A stretch of 64,000 bases of DNA from Desulfobacterales bacterium (GCA_963674755.2 CAXXVS010000002.1:1856001-1920000), one strand, 5' to 3'; positions 10,243 to 21,126 are shown, counted from the first letter of the stretch. Notes: a model not told the origin generated them from the letters alone. Made by a program: numbers and translations.

Positions 10243-11103
10243 ATGGCGGAAGAAAAAACGATCGGCGTTGTCGGGGCTGGAATGATGGGGGCTGAAATCG
10301 CCCTGTGTTTTGCCATGGCCGGCCATAGGGTGATGCTTAAAGAAGTCTCGCTCGAACTGGCGGAGAAAGGGAAAATGCGTCTGGAAGGCGTCCTGGACCG
10401 CCTGGTGCATAAAAATAAAATCGACCCCGACCAGAAGCCGCCGGTATTAGCGCGCATCGTCCCGACGGACAAATTTGACCGCTTCAGGGAAACCCATCTG
10501 GTTGTCGAGGCGGCCTTTGAGAACGAGCCGGTCAAAAAGCAGATCTTCAAGGAACTCGACGCCATCTGCCCGCCGGGCTGCATCTTCGCCACCAACACGT
10601 CCAGCATTCCGATAACCGTTCTGGCCACGGCCGTCGGGCCAAGCCGTATCGGCCGTTTTGTCGGAACCCACTTTTTCTCACCGGTATCCCTGATGCCCCT
10701 GGTGGAGGTCATTCCCGGCCTCGACACAACCGAGGAAACGATTGAAGCAATCATGGCCGTCTGCCGCCAAATCGGTAAAACGCCGATCCGCGTCAAAGAT
10801 GTAACGGGTTTTGCCGTCAACCGCCTGCTGCACGCCATGTGGATCGAAGCCAATCGTTTGCTCGAGGAGGGCGTTGCTTCGGTGGAGGACATCGACACGG
10901 CGTGTCGCCTTGGGTTGGGGCATCCGATCGGACCCTATGCGCTGATGGATTTGACCGGCAACGATTTGAACCTGCAAGTGCAGCAGATTTTGCAAGACGC
11001 CTACGGAGAGCGGTTCCGACCACGCCCCATTCTCAAACAAAAGGTCAGCGCGCATCACCTTGGCCGCAAAACCGGCCGCGGGTGGATGCCCTATGACGCA
11101 TAA
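10243..11103 (+). CDS. 3-hydroxyacyl-CoA dehydrogenase
   Basis: GVVGAGMMG, VVEAAFE, ATNTSS, GTHFFSPV; RBS GGAGG before ATG 10243. Confidence 0.92.
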   Translation: MAEEKTIGVVGAGMMGAEIALCFAMAGHRVMLKEVSLELAEKGKMRLEGVLDRLVHKNKIDPDQKPPVLARIVPTDKFDRFRETHLVVEAAFENEPVKKQIFKELDAICPPGCIFATNTSSIPITVLATAVGPSRIGRFVGTHFFSPVSLMPLVEVIPGLDTTEETIEAIMAVCRQIGKTPIRVKDVTGFAVNRLLHAMWIEANRLLEEGVASVEDIDTACRLGLGHPIGPYALMDLTGNDLNLQVQQILQDAYGERFRPRPILKQKVSAHHLGRKTGRGWMPYDA

Positions 11104-11139
11104 AGCGCCAACACTCTAAGACCGCCTGAGGACAACGCG

Positions 11140-12003
11140 ATGGAAGAGGTTTTCGTCTTTTTTTTACATGGGTTGGCATACGCCGGGCTCCTATTTCTCG
11201 TATCCTCCGGCTTAACCCTTGTCTTCGGCATGATGGACGTTCTGAACTTCGCCCATGCTTCCTTCTACATGCTGGGCGCCTATTTCTCCTATATGGTGCT
11301 TTCGATGACCGGACACCTGTGGCTATCCATGCTGATCTGTCCTGTCATGCTGTTTGTCATCGGTGCACTCGTGGAGCGGTTTCTGCTGCGCAAGGTGCAC
11401 TCAGGGGGGCATGTTCACGAGCTGCTGCTGACCTTCGGGCTGGCCTATATTCTGGGCGAATCCGTCAAGTGGATCTGGGGCAACTATCCCTTGTCCATCA
11501 CCATCGGCGGATTTCTTTCCGAGAGTATCAACCTGTTCGGCGTGACCTATCCCGTCTATCGCCTGTTCGTGCTGCTGAGCAGTATCTGTGTCGGCATTGC
11601 CATGGCGTTGATTCTCTATAAAACGCGGCTGGGCATCATTATTCGCGCGGCAGTCAACGACCGCACAATGGTCAACGCGTTAGGTATCAATGTCCCGCTG
11701 GTCTTCATGGGCGTCTTTGGTTTCGGAGCGGCCTTGTCAGGATTGGGCGGCGTGATCGCGGGTCCCTTCCTGACCACATCGCCGTCCATGGCGGACGATA
11801 TTTTAATCACGGCCTTTGTGGTGATTGTCGTTGGCGGAATGGGCAGTCTGCTCGGCACCGTGGTCGCCTCGCTTCTGATTGGTGAATTGCAGTCCTTCGG
11901 CGTATTGCTCTTCCCCAAATTTTCGATGGCCTTGATTTTTTTGCTGATGGCGGTGGTCCTTATCGTTAAACCTTCTGGCCTTTTCGGAGTCGAACAATCA
12001 TGA
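11140..12003 (+). CDS. Branched-chain-type ABC transporter permease (LivH-like)
   Basis: SGLTLVFGMMDVLNFAHA, hydrophobic helices, VVGGMGS. Confidence 0.9.
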   Translation: MEEVFVFFLHGLAYAGLLFLVSSGLTLVFGMMDVLNFAHASFYMLGAYFSYMVLSMTGHLWLSMLICPVMLFVIGALVERFLLRKVHSGGHVHELLLTFGLAYILGESVKWIWGNYPLSITIGGFLSESINLFGVTYPVYRLFVLLSSICVGIAMALILYKTRLGIIIRAAVNDRTMVNALGINVPLVFMGVFGFGAALSGLGGVIAGPFLTTSPSMADDILITAFVVIVVGGMGSLLGTVVASLLIGELQSFGVLLFPKFSMALIFLLMAVVLIVKPSGLFGVEQS

Positions 12004-12992
12004 CCAAACGCAACACTTTCACAGCCGTTGCCTGGGTCTTCTGTTTTTTAGGGGCGGCGTCCCTGCCATTTTTAACCAGCCGCTACCAGATCAGCCTGCT
12101 GACGGAAATCATCATTTTCGCGCTTTACGGCGTGACCTACAACTTGCTCCTCGGCTACGGCGGTATGCTGTCTTTCGGCCATGCCATGTTTTTCGGTATC
12201 GGCGCCTATACGGCCGGCATATTGCTGACATCCGTAACAGGAACCCCCTTTTGGGCAATCGTGGTCTGCGCATTTATCATAACCGCCCTGGCCGGGTTTT
12301 TGGTGGGCAGCCTGCTGCTGAAGGTCAAAGGGACCCCTTTTGCATTGCTGACCCTGGCTTTCAACAGCCTTTTCTTCGCCATCGCTTTCAAGTGGTATGC
12401 CGTTACCGGCGGCGACGACGGTCTGAGCATCCAGCGGCCCAATATCGATCTGGGCTTTTGGACCTTGGATACGTCGAATGTCAGCACCTTTTATTATATC
12501 ACCCTGATTGTGTTGAGCGCCTCGATCCTGGCCTGCTGGTACTTTACCCGCACGGCGATGGGGCAGACGGTCCTGCTGATGCGCGAAAATGAAAATCGCA
12601 TGCAGTTTATCGGCTATAACACGGCCGTATCGCGTTTGATCCTCTTCACCTTTACGGCCTGTTTCGCCGGTTTGGCCGGGGCCTTTTATACACTCCACTT
12701 CAGGTTCGTATCCGTCGATGCCATCAGCGTCGGCATGACCACCACGGTTCTGCTGCTGACCTTTATCGGCGGCACCGGTCATTTTGCAGGCCCTTTGATA
12801 GGATCGGCCTTTTATATCTACCTGCAGGATTATCTTAGCGAATACACGGACCGCTGGCCCTTCTTCATGGGTCTCATTTTCATCGTAATGGTGATGTATG
12901 CACCCGGAGGCGTTTCCGGCATCATCGTATCCGGAGGGAAGTGGTTGCAGGAGCGTTTCCGATCACCCAAGCGTGAAATTGAAGGAACCTGA
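12000..12992 (+). CDS. Branched-chain-type ABC transporter permease (LivM-like)
   Basis: NLLLGYGGMLSFGHAMFFGIGAY, TGGDDG, RENE. Confidence 0.9.
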   Translation: MTKRNTFTAVAWVFCFLGAASLPFLTSRYQISLLTEIIIFALYGVTYNLLLGYGGMLSFGHAMFFGIGAYTAGILLTSVTGTPFWAIVVCAFIITALAGFLVGSLLLKVKGTPFALLTLAFNSLFFAIAFKWYAVTGGDDGLSIQRPNIDLGFWTLDTSNVSTFYYITLIVLSASILACWYFTRTAMGQTVLLMRENENRMQFIGYNTAVSRLILFTFTACFAGLAGAFYTLHFRFVSVDAISVGMTTTVLLLTFIGGTGHFAGPLIGSAFYIYLQDYLSEYTDRWPFFMGLIFIVMVMYAPGGVSGIIVSGGKWLQERFRSPKREIEGT

Positions 12993-12994
12993 TC

Positions 12995-13738
12995 ATGTCC
13001 CTATTGGCCGTCAAACAGGTCTACAAGGATTTCAACGGACTGGAAGTTCTCACGGGCGTGAACCTCGATGTCCGGGAAAAGGGGCGGCATGCCATCATTG
13101 GCCCCAACGGGGCCGGCAAAACCACGCTGTTCAACATTATTTCAGGAAAGTTCAAAGCCTCGCGCGGCTACATCGAATTCAAGGATAACAATATCGGCGC
13201 CCTGTCACCGCACGCCCGCAATCGCCTGGGCATGTGCCGCTCCTTTCAGATTACCAACGTGTTTCACAATCTCAGCGTATTCGTGAATGTCCAGGCCGGC
13301 GTACGCTGCGCCTGCGGTCTGCGCTACAACCTGTTCAAACGTCCTGAGAACATGGCCGAGGTCAACCGCCGGACCGAAGCCATCTTAGAGAAAATTGGTT
13401 TGCACGACGTTCGTGACATACCGGCCGGCGAACTGTCCTACGGTCAGCAACGCGCTCTGGAAATCGGCATCACCTTGTCCACCGACCCGGAGTTGATATT
13501 GATGGACGAGCCGACGGCCGGCATGACCCGCGAAGAGACCGCCCAAGCCATCCACCATATCGACGTGGCCACGGCCGGCCGCACCCTGCTGATCATCGAA
13601 CACGACATGAACGTCATCTTCTCTTTGGCCGATACGATTTCCGTTCTGCACCACGGTACGATCCTGGCTTCCGATACCCCCGAAGCCATACGCAGTGATC
13701 AGCGCGTCAAAGATGCCTATCTCGGAGAGGACGAGTAA
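12995..13738 (+). CDS. ABC transporter ATP-binding protein (LivG-like)
   Basis: Walker A GPNGAGKTT, LSYGQQR, LMDEPTAG, IEHDM. Confidence 0.92.
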   Translation: MSLLAVKQVYKDFNGLEVLTGVNLDVREKGRHAIIGPNGAGKTTLFNIISGKFKASRGYIEFKDNNIGALSPHARNRLGMCRSFQITNVFHNLSVFVNVQAGVRCACGLRYNLFKRPENMAEVNRRTEAILEKIGLHDVRDIPAGELSYGQQRALEIGITLSTDPELILMDEPTAGMTREETAQAIHHIDVATAGRTLLIIEHDMNVIFSLADTISVLHHGTILASDTPEAIRSDQRVKDAYLGEDE

Positions 13739-14454
13739 TGTTGCTGCAGGTCGACGAACTACACAGCTACTATGGCAAGAGCCACATCCTGCATGGCGTT
13801 TCCATGCAATTGAACCGGGGCGATATCGTCTGCATCCTGGGGCGCAACGGGGTCGGCAAATCCACAACCCTCAATTCGATCATGGGCATTGTCAAACCGC
13901 GGCAGGGCAGCGTTCGGTTCAATGGCGAAGAGCTAGCCGGGAAGCACCCCTTTCAAATTTCCCGCAAAGGAATCGGCGTCGTGCCGGAGGAAAGGCGCAT
14001 TTTCGCCGGCCTGACGGTCAGGGAGAATCTCCTGATCGGCCTCCAGGACAAGCGCCTGAAAATCCAGGGCAACGGGCGAAGTTGGAATCTGGATCGGGTA
14101 TTCGAGTATTTTCCGCGGCTGTCCGAACGCCAAAATCAATTGGGCAACCATCTTTCGGGCGGCGAGCAGCAGATGTTGACGATTGCCCGCACGCTTATGG
14201 GAAACCCCGAGCTTTTATTGATCGACGAACCCACTGAAGGATTGGCCCCCCTGATCGTCAAAATGGTCATGGAGATGCTGGAGAGCGTGAGCAAAGCCGG
14301 GGTGACGATCCTTCTCGTCGAACAAAATTTCAGGGCCGCCATCAAGCTGGCCCATCGGTTTTATATCATGGGCAAAGGCCGTATCGTTTTCGAAGGTGAC
14401 CGGGAGGCCCTGCAGGCCGCTGAAGGTCTTCGCAAACAATACCTTGAAGTATGA
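13738..14454 (+). CDS. ABC transporter ATP-binding protein (LivF-like)
   Basis: GRNGVGKST, LSGGEQQML, DEPTEGLAP, LVEQN. Confidence 0.92.
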   Translation: MLLQVDELHSYYGKSHILHGVSMQLNRGDIVCILGRNGVGKSTTLNSIMGIVKPRQGSVRFNGEELAGKHPFQISRKGIGVVPEERRIFAGLTVRENLLIGLQDKRLKIQGNGRSWNLDRVFEYFPRLSERQNQLGNHLSGGEQQMLTIARTLMGNPELLLIDEPTEGLAPLIVKMVMEMLESVSKAGVTILLVEQNFRAAIKLAHRFYIMGKGRIVFEGDREALQAAEGLRKQYLEV

Positions 14455-14659
14455 TAAACCGTCAAAGCATTCCGCTTTTCTCTCCGCAAAAAGGAAAGGG
14501 GGTGAAAGCAACCGATCCCATAAGCGTAAAGCCGCCTCCTCGTATCGAGCGGCGGCATGCCATCTTAAAGAGTATAGGTTCGAACGGTTGTCCCAAACCT
14601 TCGTGTCACACCGGCGCCTCATGTCAAGCGTGACCGAGAAATGTACAAAGGAGAATATC

Positions 14660-15871
14660 ATGCAAAAAACTTTTCTTCTGGTTTCCATCGCACTGGTTCT
14701 GGCGTTTTGTGTGGCCGCGCCCCTGCAGGCTGCGGATCCCATCAAATTTGGCGTTATCGAGCCGAGTTCCGGCAAATTCAAAGACATTGGCGACCGCTAT
14801 CTGGCCGGCGCCCAAGCAGCGGCGAATGAAATCAATCGCAACGGCGGCTTGCTTGGCCGCCAAGTCGAAATCATCGCGTTCGATTCCGAAATCAAACCGG
14901 ACGTGGCCACCCGCAAAATGCGGAAAGCCATCCTGAAGAACGATATCAAGTTTTTTGGCGAGGGGGCCAGCAGCGGGGTCATGGCCGCCATGGTTTCGGT
15001 GGCCCAGGAGAACAACGCGATTGCGATTTCCTGGGGGGCGGAAGCCGCCAGCCTGAGCGGGGAAAATTGCAGCCGCAATTTCTTCCGAACCAGCCTCAAT
15101 ACCGACATGCATTCCAATGCCCTGGCCAAATGGGTGGCCGACAACCATAAACAACGCGTCTTCATGATTGCCCAGGACTACAGTTTCGGCCACGAGGCGG
15201 TGGCGGCTTTCAAAAAGAAGCTCCTGGAGCTGAATCCCAAGGTTGAACTGGTGGGGGAACTCTACCATAAAATCGGCGAGATCGATTATGCCCCCTATAT
15301 CACCCAAATTATTGCCGCCAAGCCGGATATCATCTTCACCTCCAACTGGGGCAACGATCTTCAACTGCTGATCAAACAGGCCAAACCCATGGGATTGGAT
15401 ACCCAGTTTGCCTGCTATTTTCTTAACGACTTCATCGCGATCCAGGCCATCGGAGATCCGGCGGCGGTTGTCGGCAACGTCACGGCGGCCGCCTATATGC
15501 TTAGCATCCCGACCCAGAAGAACAAGGATTTCGTGGCCGCCTATTATAAAGCCAATGGCTACTATCCTTCGTGGCTGCATGCCAAGGCCTACCTTGCCGT
15601 CATGTTCTGGGCCGAAGCCGTTAAAAAAGCCGGAACAGCCGACGATGTCGATGCCGTCATCAATGCCTGGGAAGGCTTGACCTACGACGGCCCGGCCGGC
15701 ATGCAGATCATGCGTCCGGAGGACCACCAGGCGCAAATTCCTGGTTGGGTGGCCGAGATTGTGCCGGAATCTCCTTTCTTCGACCATCCTTTTGTGGGCA
15801 CACCGACCATGATTCCAGCCGAGGACATTTCCGTTCCGGTGGCTGAAACAGGGTGCAAGGGATTGAAATAG
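14660..15871 (+). CDS. ABC substrate-binding protein (Leu/Ile/Val-binding family)
   Basis: Signal peptide, EINRNGGLLGRQVE, DYSFGHE; RBS AAGGAG before ATG 14660. Confidence 0.9.
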   Translation: MQKTFLLVSIALVLAFCVAAPLQAADPIKFGVIEPSSGKFKDIGDRYLAGAQAAANEINRNGGLLGRQVEIIAFDSEIKPDVATRKMRKAILKNDIKFFGEGASSGVMAAMVSVAQENNAIAISWGAEAASLSGENCSRNFFRTSLNTDMHSNALAKWVADNHKQRVFMIAQDYSFGHEAVAAFKKKLLELNPKVELVGELYHKIGEIDYAPYITQIIAAKPDIIFTSNWGNDLQLLIKQAKPMGLDTQFACYFLNDFIAIQAIGDPAAVVGNVTAAAYMLSIPTQKNKDFVAAYYKANGYYPSWLHAKAYLAVMFWAEAVKKAGTADDVDAVINAWEGLTYDGPAGMQIMRPEDHQAQIPGWVAEIVPESPFFDHPFVGTPTMIPAEDISVPVAETGCKGLK

Positions 15872-16299
15872 CGCCCAACCGTAAACGGCATCTTTCGGTC
15901 CCTGGCGGCGTTCTCACTTGTTTTCAATCCTCGAAATAGCTTGCTATTCCTCCGGTTGACACCCACCGTTTGGAATAGAATCGTCGGGGAGTCCCGCGTA
16001 GCGGGAAAACGCGCTCGGGCCTTGCCAGGAACCAAAATCTACCATTTATGGATGGACCCTAAATAGTCTTTTCCGGAGCATCGGTCGGGCGAAGTCGGAT
16101 GAAGGACTTCCCTTATCGCCCGGCCGATCCCGCACCCATGCATCAACAACGGCGGCCATATCTGATCGACGTTGCCGTGAGGACAATGCCCATCAAGCCG
16201 GAGCCCTTTTCACATCGTGGATCAGGCGCCACAACCACGTTCTTTCTACGGAACAGTGCCACAGGCGCTATCGCCGCCTGATTCAAAGGAGTGCATGTT

Positions 16300-16692
16300 A
16301 TGAACATCGTTGTCGCCTATGACAATTCCAGTGCGGCCAAACTGGCCCTCGAAAGAGCGAAACGCCATGCCGCGGCCTTCAAGGCGCGTGTCCTTATCGT
16401 GACATCGATGGAGGGCGGTTCGGGTGAGTCCAAAGCGCGGGTTAAAAAGGCGGAAGCCGATCTTGAAAACGCCAAAACCGTCTTCGAAGCAGAAGGGATC
16501 GATTGCGAAACCCACCTCCTGATCCGGGGCTTAACCGCAGCGGAAGACATCGTACTGTTCGCCCGGGAGCAAGATGCCGGCGAACTCATCATCGGCATCA
16601 AGAAGCGGTCCAAAGTCGGGAAATTGATGTTCGGCTCCACCGCCCAGTATGTCATTTTAAATGCGCCCTGCCCTGTTCTGGCCGTCAAATAG
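16300..16692 (+). CDS. Universal stress protein (UspA family)
   Basis: IVVAYD N-terminus; IIGIKKRSKVGKLMFGSTAQYVILNAPCPVLAV. Confidence 0.92.
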   Translation: MNIVVAYDNSSAAKLALERAKRHAAAFKARVLIVTSMEGGSGESKARVKKAEADLENAKTVFEAEGIDCETHLLIRGLTAAEDIVLFAREQDAGELIIGIKKRSKVGKLMFGSTAQYVILNAPCPVLAVK

Positions 16693-16702
16693 AGGAGGTA
16701 TT

Positions 16703-18508
16703 GTGGCCGCTAAATTTGTCAGCGAACGGAACCTGAAATTTTTATTATACGAAGTTTTTGACGTGGCCGCGCTCACGCGCCTTCCCTACTACAAGATGCA
16801 CAACCGCAAAACCTTCGACATGGTGCTGAACGAAACCCTGCGCATCGCCCGGGATCTGATGTGGCCCTGCCTGGAGGAGATGGATCGACACCCGCCGGAA
16901 CTGGTGGACATGCAGGTCAAGGTCCACCCTTCGGTCAAACCCATCATGCGGGAAGTCGGGCAGGGCGGCTGGATCGGTGCCAGCTTCCCCAGTGAATTCG
17001 ACGGGGAACAATTGCCGGTGAGTGTTGCCAGTGCCTGTCGCTTCATCTTTTTTGCGGCCAACTATTCGGCCGGCGTATACCCGGAACTTACCAGCGGATC
17101 GGCCCGTTTGATCGTCTCCTTCGGATCTTCGGACCTGATTGCCACCTACGTACCCAAGATGCTCGATGGCGCGTGGCAGGGCACCATGGCCTTGACGGAG
17201 CCCGCCGCCGGGAGTTCCCTTTCGGACATAACGACCGCCGCCGTTCCCACCGGGAACGGGGATTATCGCATCCAGGGGCAGAAAATTTTCATCTCGGCCG
17301 GCGACCACGACGGTGTGGAAAATGTGGTGCATCTCATGCTGGCCAAAATCGAGGGCGCCCCCCCGGGGGTAAAGGGAATTTCCCTGTTCGTCGTACCGAA
17401 AAAACGCCCGGATTCACAAGGCGCTCTGGTCGACAACGATATCGTGGTTTCGCAGGTCTATCATAAACTCGGGTATCGCGGCACCCCGATTGTCGAGCTC
17501 AGCATCGGCGATAAAGGTGATTGTCACGGCTACCTCGTCGGAGAGCCCCACAAAGGCCTGATCTATATGTTCCAAATGATGAACGAGGCCCGGATAGGGG
17601 TTGGCTTGGGGGCGGCCGCCATTGCCTCCGCCGCCTATTACGCCGCCTTGAATTACGCCCGGGAACGCCCCCAGGGGCGGAAGCCCACCAACAAGGATCC
17701 AGTGGCACCGCCGGTGCCGATCATCGAACACGCCGATGTCAAACGCATGCTCTTATTCCAGCGCGCCGTTTTCGAAGGCGCCCTGTCCCTCCTGCTTCAG
17801 TGCAGCGTCTACGCCGACAGGGCATTGACGGACAAGGGCCCCGACCGGCACAAATGGGATCTCCTGCTGGATATCCTGACCCCTGTCGCCAAGTCCTACC
17901 CCTCCGAAATGGGCATCCTGGCCGTCAGTCAAGCCCTGCAATGCTTCGGCGGCTATGGCTATTGCGAGGATTTTCCGGTGGAACAATTTTACCGGGACAT
18001 GCGCATTCATCCCATCCACGAGGGGACCACCGGCATTCAAGGCATCGACCTGCTGGGCCGCAAAGTGCGCGTGGAAAACGGTCAGGCCTACCACCTTTTC
18101 ATGGAGGCCATAAGGGAAACGATCACCGCTTGCAGGGATCACGAGGATCTCCGCGACAGGGGGCGCCAGCTTGAGGAAGCGCTCGGCGAGCTCGATCAGG
18201 TGACGCAGCATTTGACCACCGGAATGCCTGCCCAAAACCCGGAATTGTCCCTTGCCGATGCCACCCTTTATCTGGACTTTTTCAGCATCGTCACCATTGC
18301 CTGGCAGTGGCTCTTGCAGGCGTTGACAGCCACACGGGTCTTAGCCGGCCAGCCCTCACGCTCGCAAACCAATTTCTACCAGGGCAAGCTTTACACCTTC
18401 GCCTACTTTTTTAGCTACGAGCTGCCCAAGATCAAGGGCCTTGCAACGCGTTTACGGGAAGACAATCCTGTGACCGTGAACATGACCTCTGAATATTTCA
18501 ACGACTAG
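16703..18508 (+). CDS. Acyl-CoA dehydrogenase
   Basis: GTMALTEPAAGS, GQKIFISAGDHD, MFQMMNEAR, GGYGY, IHEGTTGIQ; GTG start after GAGGAGG. Confidence 0.93.
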   Translation: MAAKFVSERNLKFLLYEVFDVAALTRLPYYKMHNRKTFDMVLNETLRIARDLMWPCLEEMDRHPPELVDMQVKVHPSVKPIMREVGQGGWIGASFPSEFDGEQLPVSVASACRFIFFAANYSAGVYPELTSGSARLIVSFGSSDLIATYVPKMLDGAWQGTMALTEPAAGSSLSDITTAAVPTGNGDYRIQGQKIFISAGDHDGVENVVHLMLAKIEGAPPGVKGISLFVVPKKRPDSQGALVDNDIVVSQVYHKLGYRGTPIVELSIGDKGDCHGYLVGEPHKGLIYMFQMMNEARIGVGLGAAAIASAAYYAALNYARERPQGRKPTNKDPVAPPVPIIEHADVKRMLLFQRAVFEGALSLLLQCSVYADRALTDKGPDRHKWDLLLDILTPVAKSYPSEMGILAVSQALQCFGGYGYCEDFPVEQFYRDMRIHPIHEGTTGIQGIDLLGRKVRVENGQAYHLFMEAIRETITACRDHEDLRDRGRQLEEALGELDQVTQHLTTGMPAQNPELSLADATLYLDFFSIVTIAWQWLLQALTATRVLAGQPSRSQTNFYQGKLYTFAYFFSYELPKIKGLATRLREDNPVTVNMTSEYFND

Positions 18509-18541
18509 GCGGCGCGCCTTATTGGCCAGTGGGAATAACGC

Positions 18542-19504
18542 ATGAATACAGCAGATATCAAAACAATTGGGATCGTCGGTGCCGGACTCATGGGCCATGG
18601 GATTGCGCAGGTGTTTGCCTTCCGTGGTTTTCGCGTCCGAATCTTCGATGTGGATGGCGCCGCGCTGCTGGCCGTGCCGGATCGCATCAGGGAAAATGCC
18701 GTCGTTTTTGAGGAATTGGGGCTGATATCATCGGAAGAAATTGCCCAGGGTCTGGACAGCATCACGCTCTGTAAGACGCTGCCGGACCTGGTGGACGACG
18801 CCCAGGTGGTCATCGAGGCGGTCAGCGAAAAACTGGCCCTCAAACGATCCGTTTTCAAGGAAGTCGAACGCCACGCAGCCGCCGACGCCCTTTTGTGCAG
18901 CAATACCTCGGCCATCAGCATTACCGATATCAGCCAGGGGTTGCGGCGTCGCGAACGGTTCCTGGGAACGCATTTTTGGAACCCGCCCCATGTGCTGCCC
19001 TGCGTGGAAGTCATCAAAGGGCAAGCCACTTCGGAACAGGCCTTCGATACCGTCTGTGAATTGCTCCAATCGGCGGGCAAGGACCCCGTCCGGGTGCTGA
19101 AAGATGTTCCCGGATTCCTCGGCAACCGGTTGCAGCACGCCATGTGGCGTGAAGCCGTGGCCATGGTCGAAATGGGAATCGCCCATCCGGAAGACATCGA
19201 CAAGGTCGTCAAAAACGGCTTCGGCCTGCGCTGTGCTTTCCTGGGTCCCCTGGAAACCGCCGACCTGGCGGGAATCGATCTGTCCCGGGAGGTGCATGCC
19301 TACCTTTTCCCTTTTTTAACATCGACGACCGAGCCGTCCCCTGTACTGGATGAAATGTGCCGCACAAACAAACTGGGCGCCAAGACCGGCCAGGGCTTCC
19401 ATCACTGGCCGGAGGCCAAACGGCAGGGCTTTGTAAGGCAACGTGATGAAACCCTACTGAAAATCCTTGCGATGCGACGGCCGAAGGAAAAAGCCGCGGA
19501 ATGA
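18542..19504 (+). CDS. 3-hydroxyacid/3-hydroxyacyl-CoA dehydrogenase (carnitine/gulonate dehydrogenase-like)
   Basis: GIVGAGLMG, SNTSAI, GTHFWNPPH, PGFLGNRLQHA. Confidence 0.85.
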   Translation: MNTADIKTIGIVGAGLMGHGIAQVFAFRGFRVRIFDVDGAALLAVPDRIRENAVVFEELGLISSEEIAQGLDSITLCKTLPDLVDDAQVVIEAVSEKLALKRSVFKEVERHAAADALLCSNTSAISITDISQGLRRRERFLGTHFWNPPHVLPCVEVIKGQATSEQAFDTVCELLQSAGKDPVRVLKDVPGFLGNRLQHAMWREAVAMVEMGIAHPEDIDKVVKNGFGLRCAFLGPLETADLAGIDLSREVHAYLFPFLTSTTEPSPVLDEMCRTNKLGAKTGQGFHHWPEAKRQGFVRQRDETLLKILAMRRPKEKAAE

Positions 19505-19574
19505 CACCCGTCCACATGACAAAACTCCCGTCGGGGCGATAGCGCGATCCGACCCAAACCGTTAGGCGGTCATT

Positions 19575-20495
19575 ATGCGTAAAGCGATTGTTACAGCAGC
19601 GACCACAGGGGGCATCCACACCCCCGGCATGTCCCCGCATCTTCCCATTACCCCCGAACAGATCGCCGAAGATGCCCTCAAGGCCCACAAGGCGGGGGCG
19701 GCCGTGGCCCACATCCACGTTCGCGACCCGCAAACCGGCCAACCGTCGGCGGACCCCGATCTTTTCGGCGAAGTCCTCTCCAGGATCAAACGCCACTCCG
19801 ATATGATCGTATGCCTGACCACCGGCGGCGGGCTCGGCCAGACGACGGAACAGCGGGTGACGCCGGTGAAGCGTTTCCGTCCCGAACTGGCTTCCCTGAA
19901 CGCCGGCTCGATCAACTTCGCGTTGTTTCAGGTGCTTGCCAAAAACCCGAGTTTCAAGTTCGACTGGGAAGAACCCTACCTGGCCATGACGGAAGACTTG
20001 ATTTTCCCGAACACCTTCAAAACCCTGCGTGAATTTTCCGCCGTCCTCCAGTCGCAACAGGTCAAACCCGAATTTGAGATTTATGACGCCGGCATGCTGA
20101 ACAACCTGGCCTTTATGATCGACCGGGGGCATGTCAAAAAGCCCGTATACCTGCAATTTGTTTTAGGGATCCTGGGCGGCATGCAGCCCACCGTCAACAA
20201 TCTGCTGTTTCTTTGCAACTCGGCGCGCGAGTTGATCGGCGATTTTGAATGGTCCGTATGTGCGGCGGGTAAACATCAGTTCAACATGGGCACCGCCGCC
20301 CTGCTTCTGGGAGGCCATGTGCGGGTGGGGCTGGAAGACAACCTTTTCTTAAAAAAAGGGGTTCTGGCCCAAAGCAGTGCCGAACAGGTTGCGAAAATTG
20401 TACGAATCGGCCGGGAGCTGGAAATCGAACCGGCCACACCGGCGGAAGCCCGTGCAATGCTGGGCCTGAAGGGGCTTGGCGGCGTCGGCTTTTAG
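19575..20495 (+). CDS. Beta-keto acid cleavage enzyme (BKACE/DUF849, Kce-like)
   Basis: TAATTG, LPITPEQIA, AHIHVRDP metal motif, KPEFEIYD, HVRVGLEDN. Confidence 0.92.
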   Translation: MRKAIVTAATTGGIHTPGMSPHLPITPEQIAEDALKAHKAGAAVAHIHVRDPQTGQPSADPDLFGEVLSRIKRHSDMIVCLTTGGGLGQTTEQRVTPVKRFRPELASLNAGSINFALFQVLAKNPSFKFDWEEPYLAMTEDLIFPNTFKTLREFSAVLQSQQVKPEFEIYDAGMLNNLAFMIDRGHVKKPVYLQFVLGILGGMQPTVNNLLFLCNSARELIGDFEWSVCAAGKHQFNMGTAALLLGGHVRVGLEDNLFLKKGVLAQSSAEQVAKIVRIGRELEIEPATPAEARAMLGLKGLGGVGF

Positions 20496-20552
20496 AACGC
20501 CTCTCAAAAACAATCCAATTTACAGAAATCAACCTTTCGGACAGGATCGAAA

Positions 20553-20963
20553 ATGAACGATCGTTTGAACAAAATAATAGCGCTGCCCCTGCACCAATTC
20601 CTGGGCTTAACCGCCCTAAGCTCCGATGCCGGCCGCGGCGCGTTGTCCATCACCATAACCGAAAATCTGATCAACCCGGCCGGGATATTCCACGGGGGCG
20701 TCATCTATGTCCTCAGCGATGTCTGCGCCTATGCCGGCCTTCTCGGCCTTTTAGACGAAGACACCGAAGCGGTAACCCATGATATCCAGATATCCGTCAT
20801 GCGCTCCGCTAAATTGGCCGACGTGGTGGATTTTCAATCCGAGGTCGTCAAATTGGGGAAGACTATCTGCTTTATCGATGTCAAGGTCACCGTAGGTGGC
20901 GAAATCATCGCTTCCGCGCGCGTGACAAAGTCAATCCGACGAATGCGTCCGCAGCAGACGTGA
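20553..20963 (+). CDS. PaaI-family thioesterase
   Basis: NPAGIFHGG hotdog motif. Confidence 0.88.
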   Translation: MNDRLNKIIALPLHQFLGLTALSSDAGRGALSITITENLINPAGIFHGGVIYVLSDVCAYAGLLGLLDEDTEAVTHDIQISVMRSAKLADVVDFQSEVVKLGKTICFIDVKVTVGGEIIASARVTKSIRRMRPQQT

Positions 20964-21126
20964 AGCGATAGTTGGATTGTACCCCGGGGGTGAGCTCTTT
21001 TCCTGCCAAAGCCTCACGTATACGAAAAGGGGCATCGCCCGGAGACGGGAACCCCCTGGTTTGATTGGCGCCTCCGGAGCGAGGCGAACATGCGGCTTGC
21101 TGAATTGAAAAAAGATTCGGTGCGCG

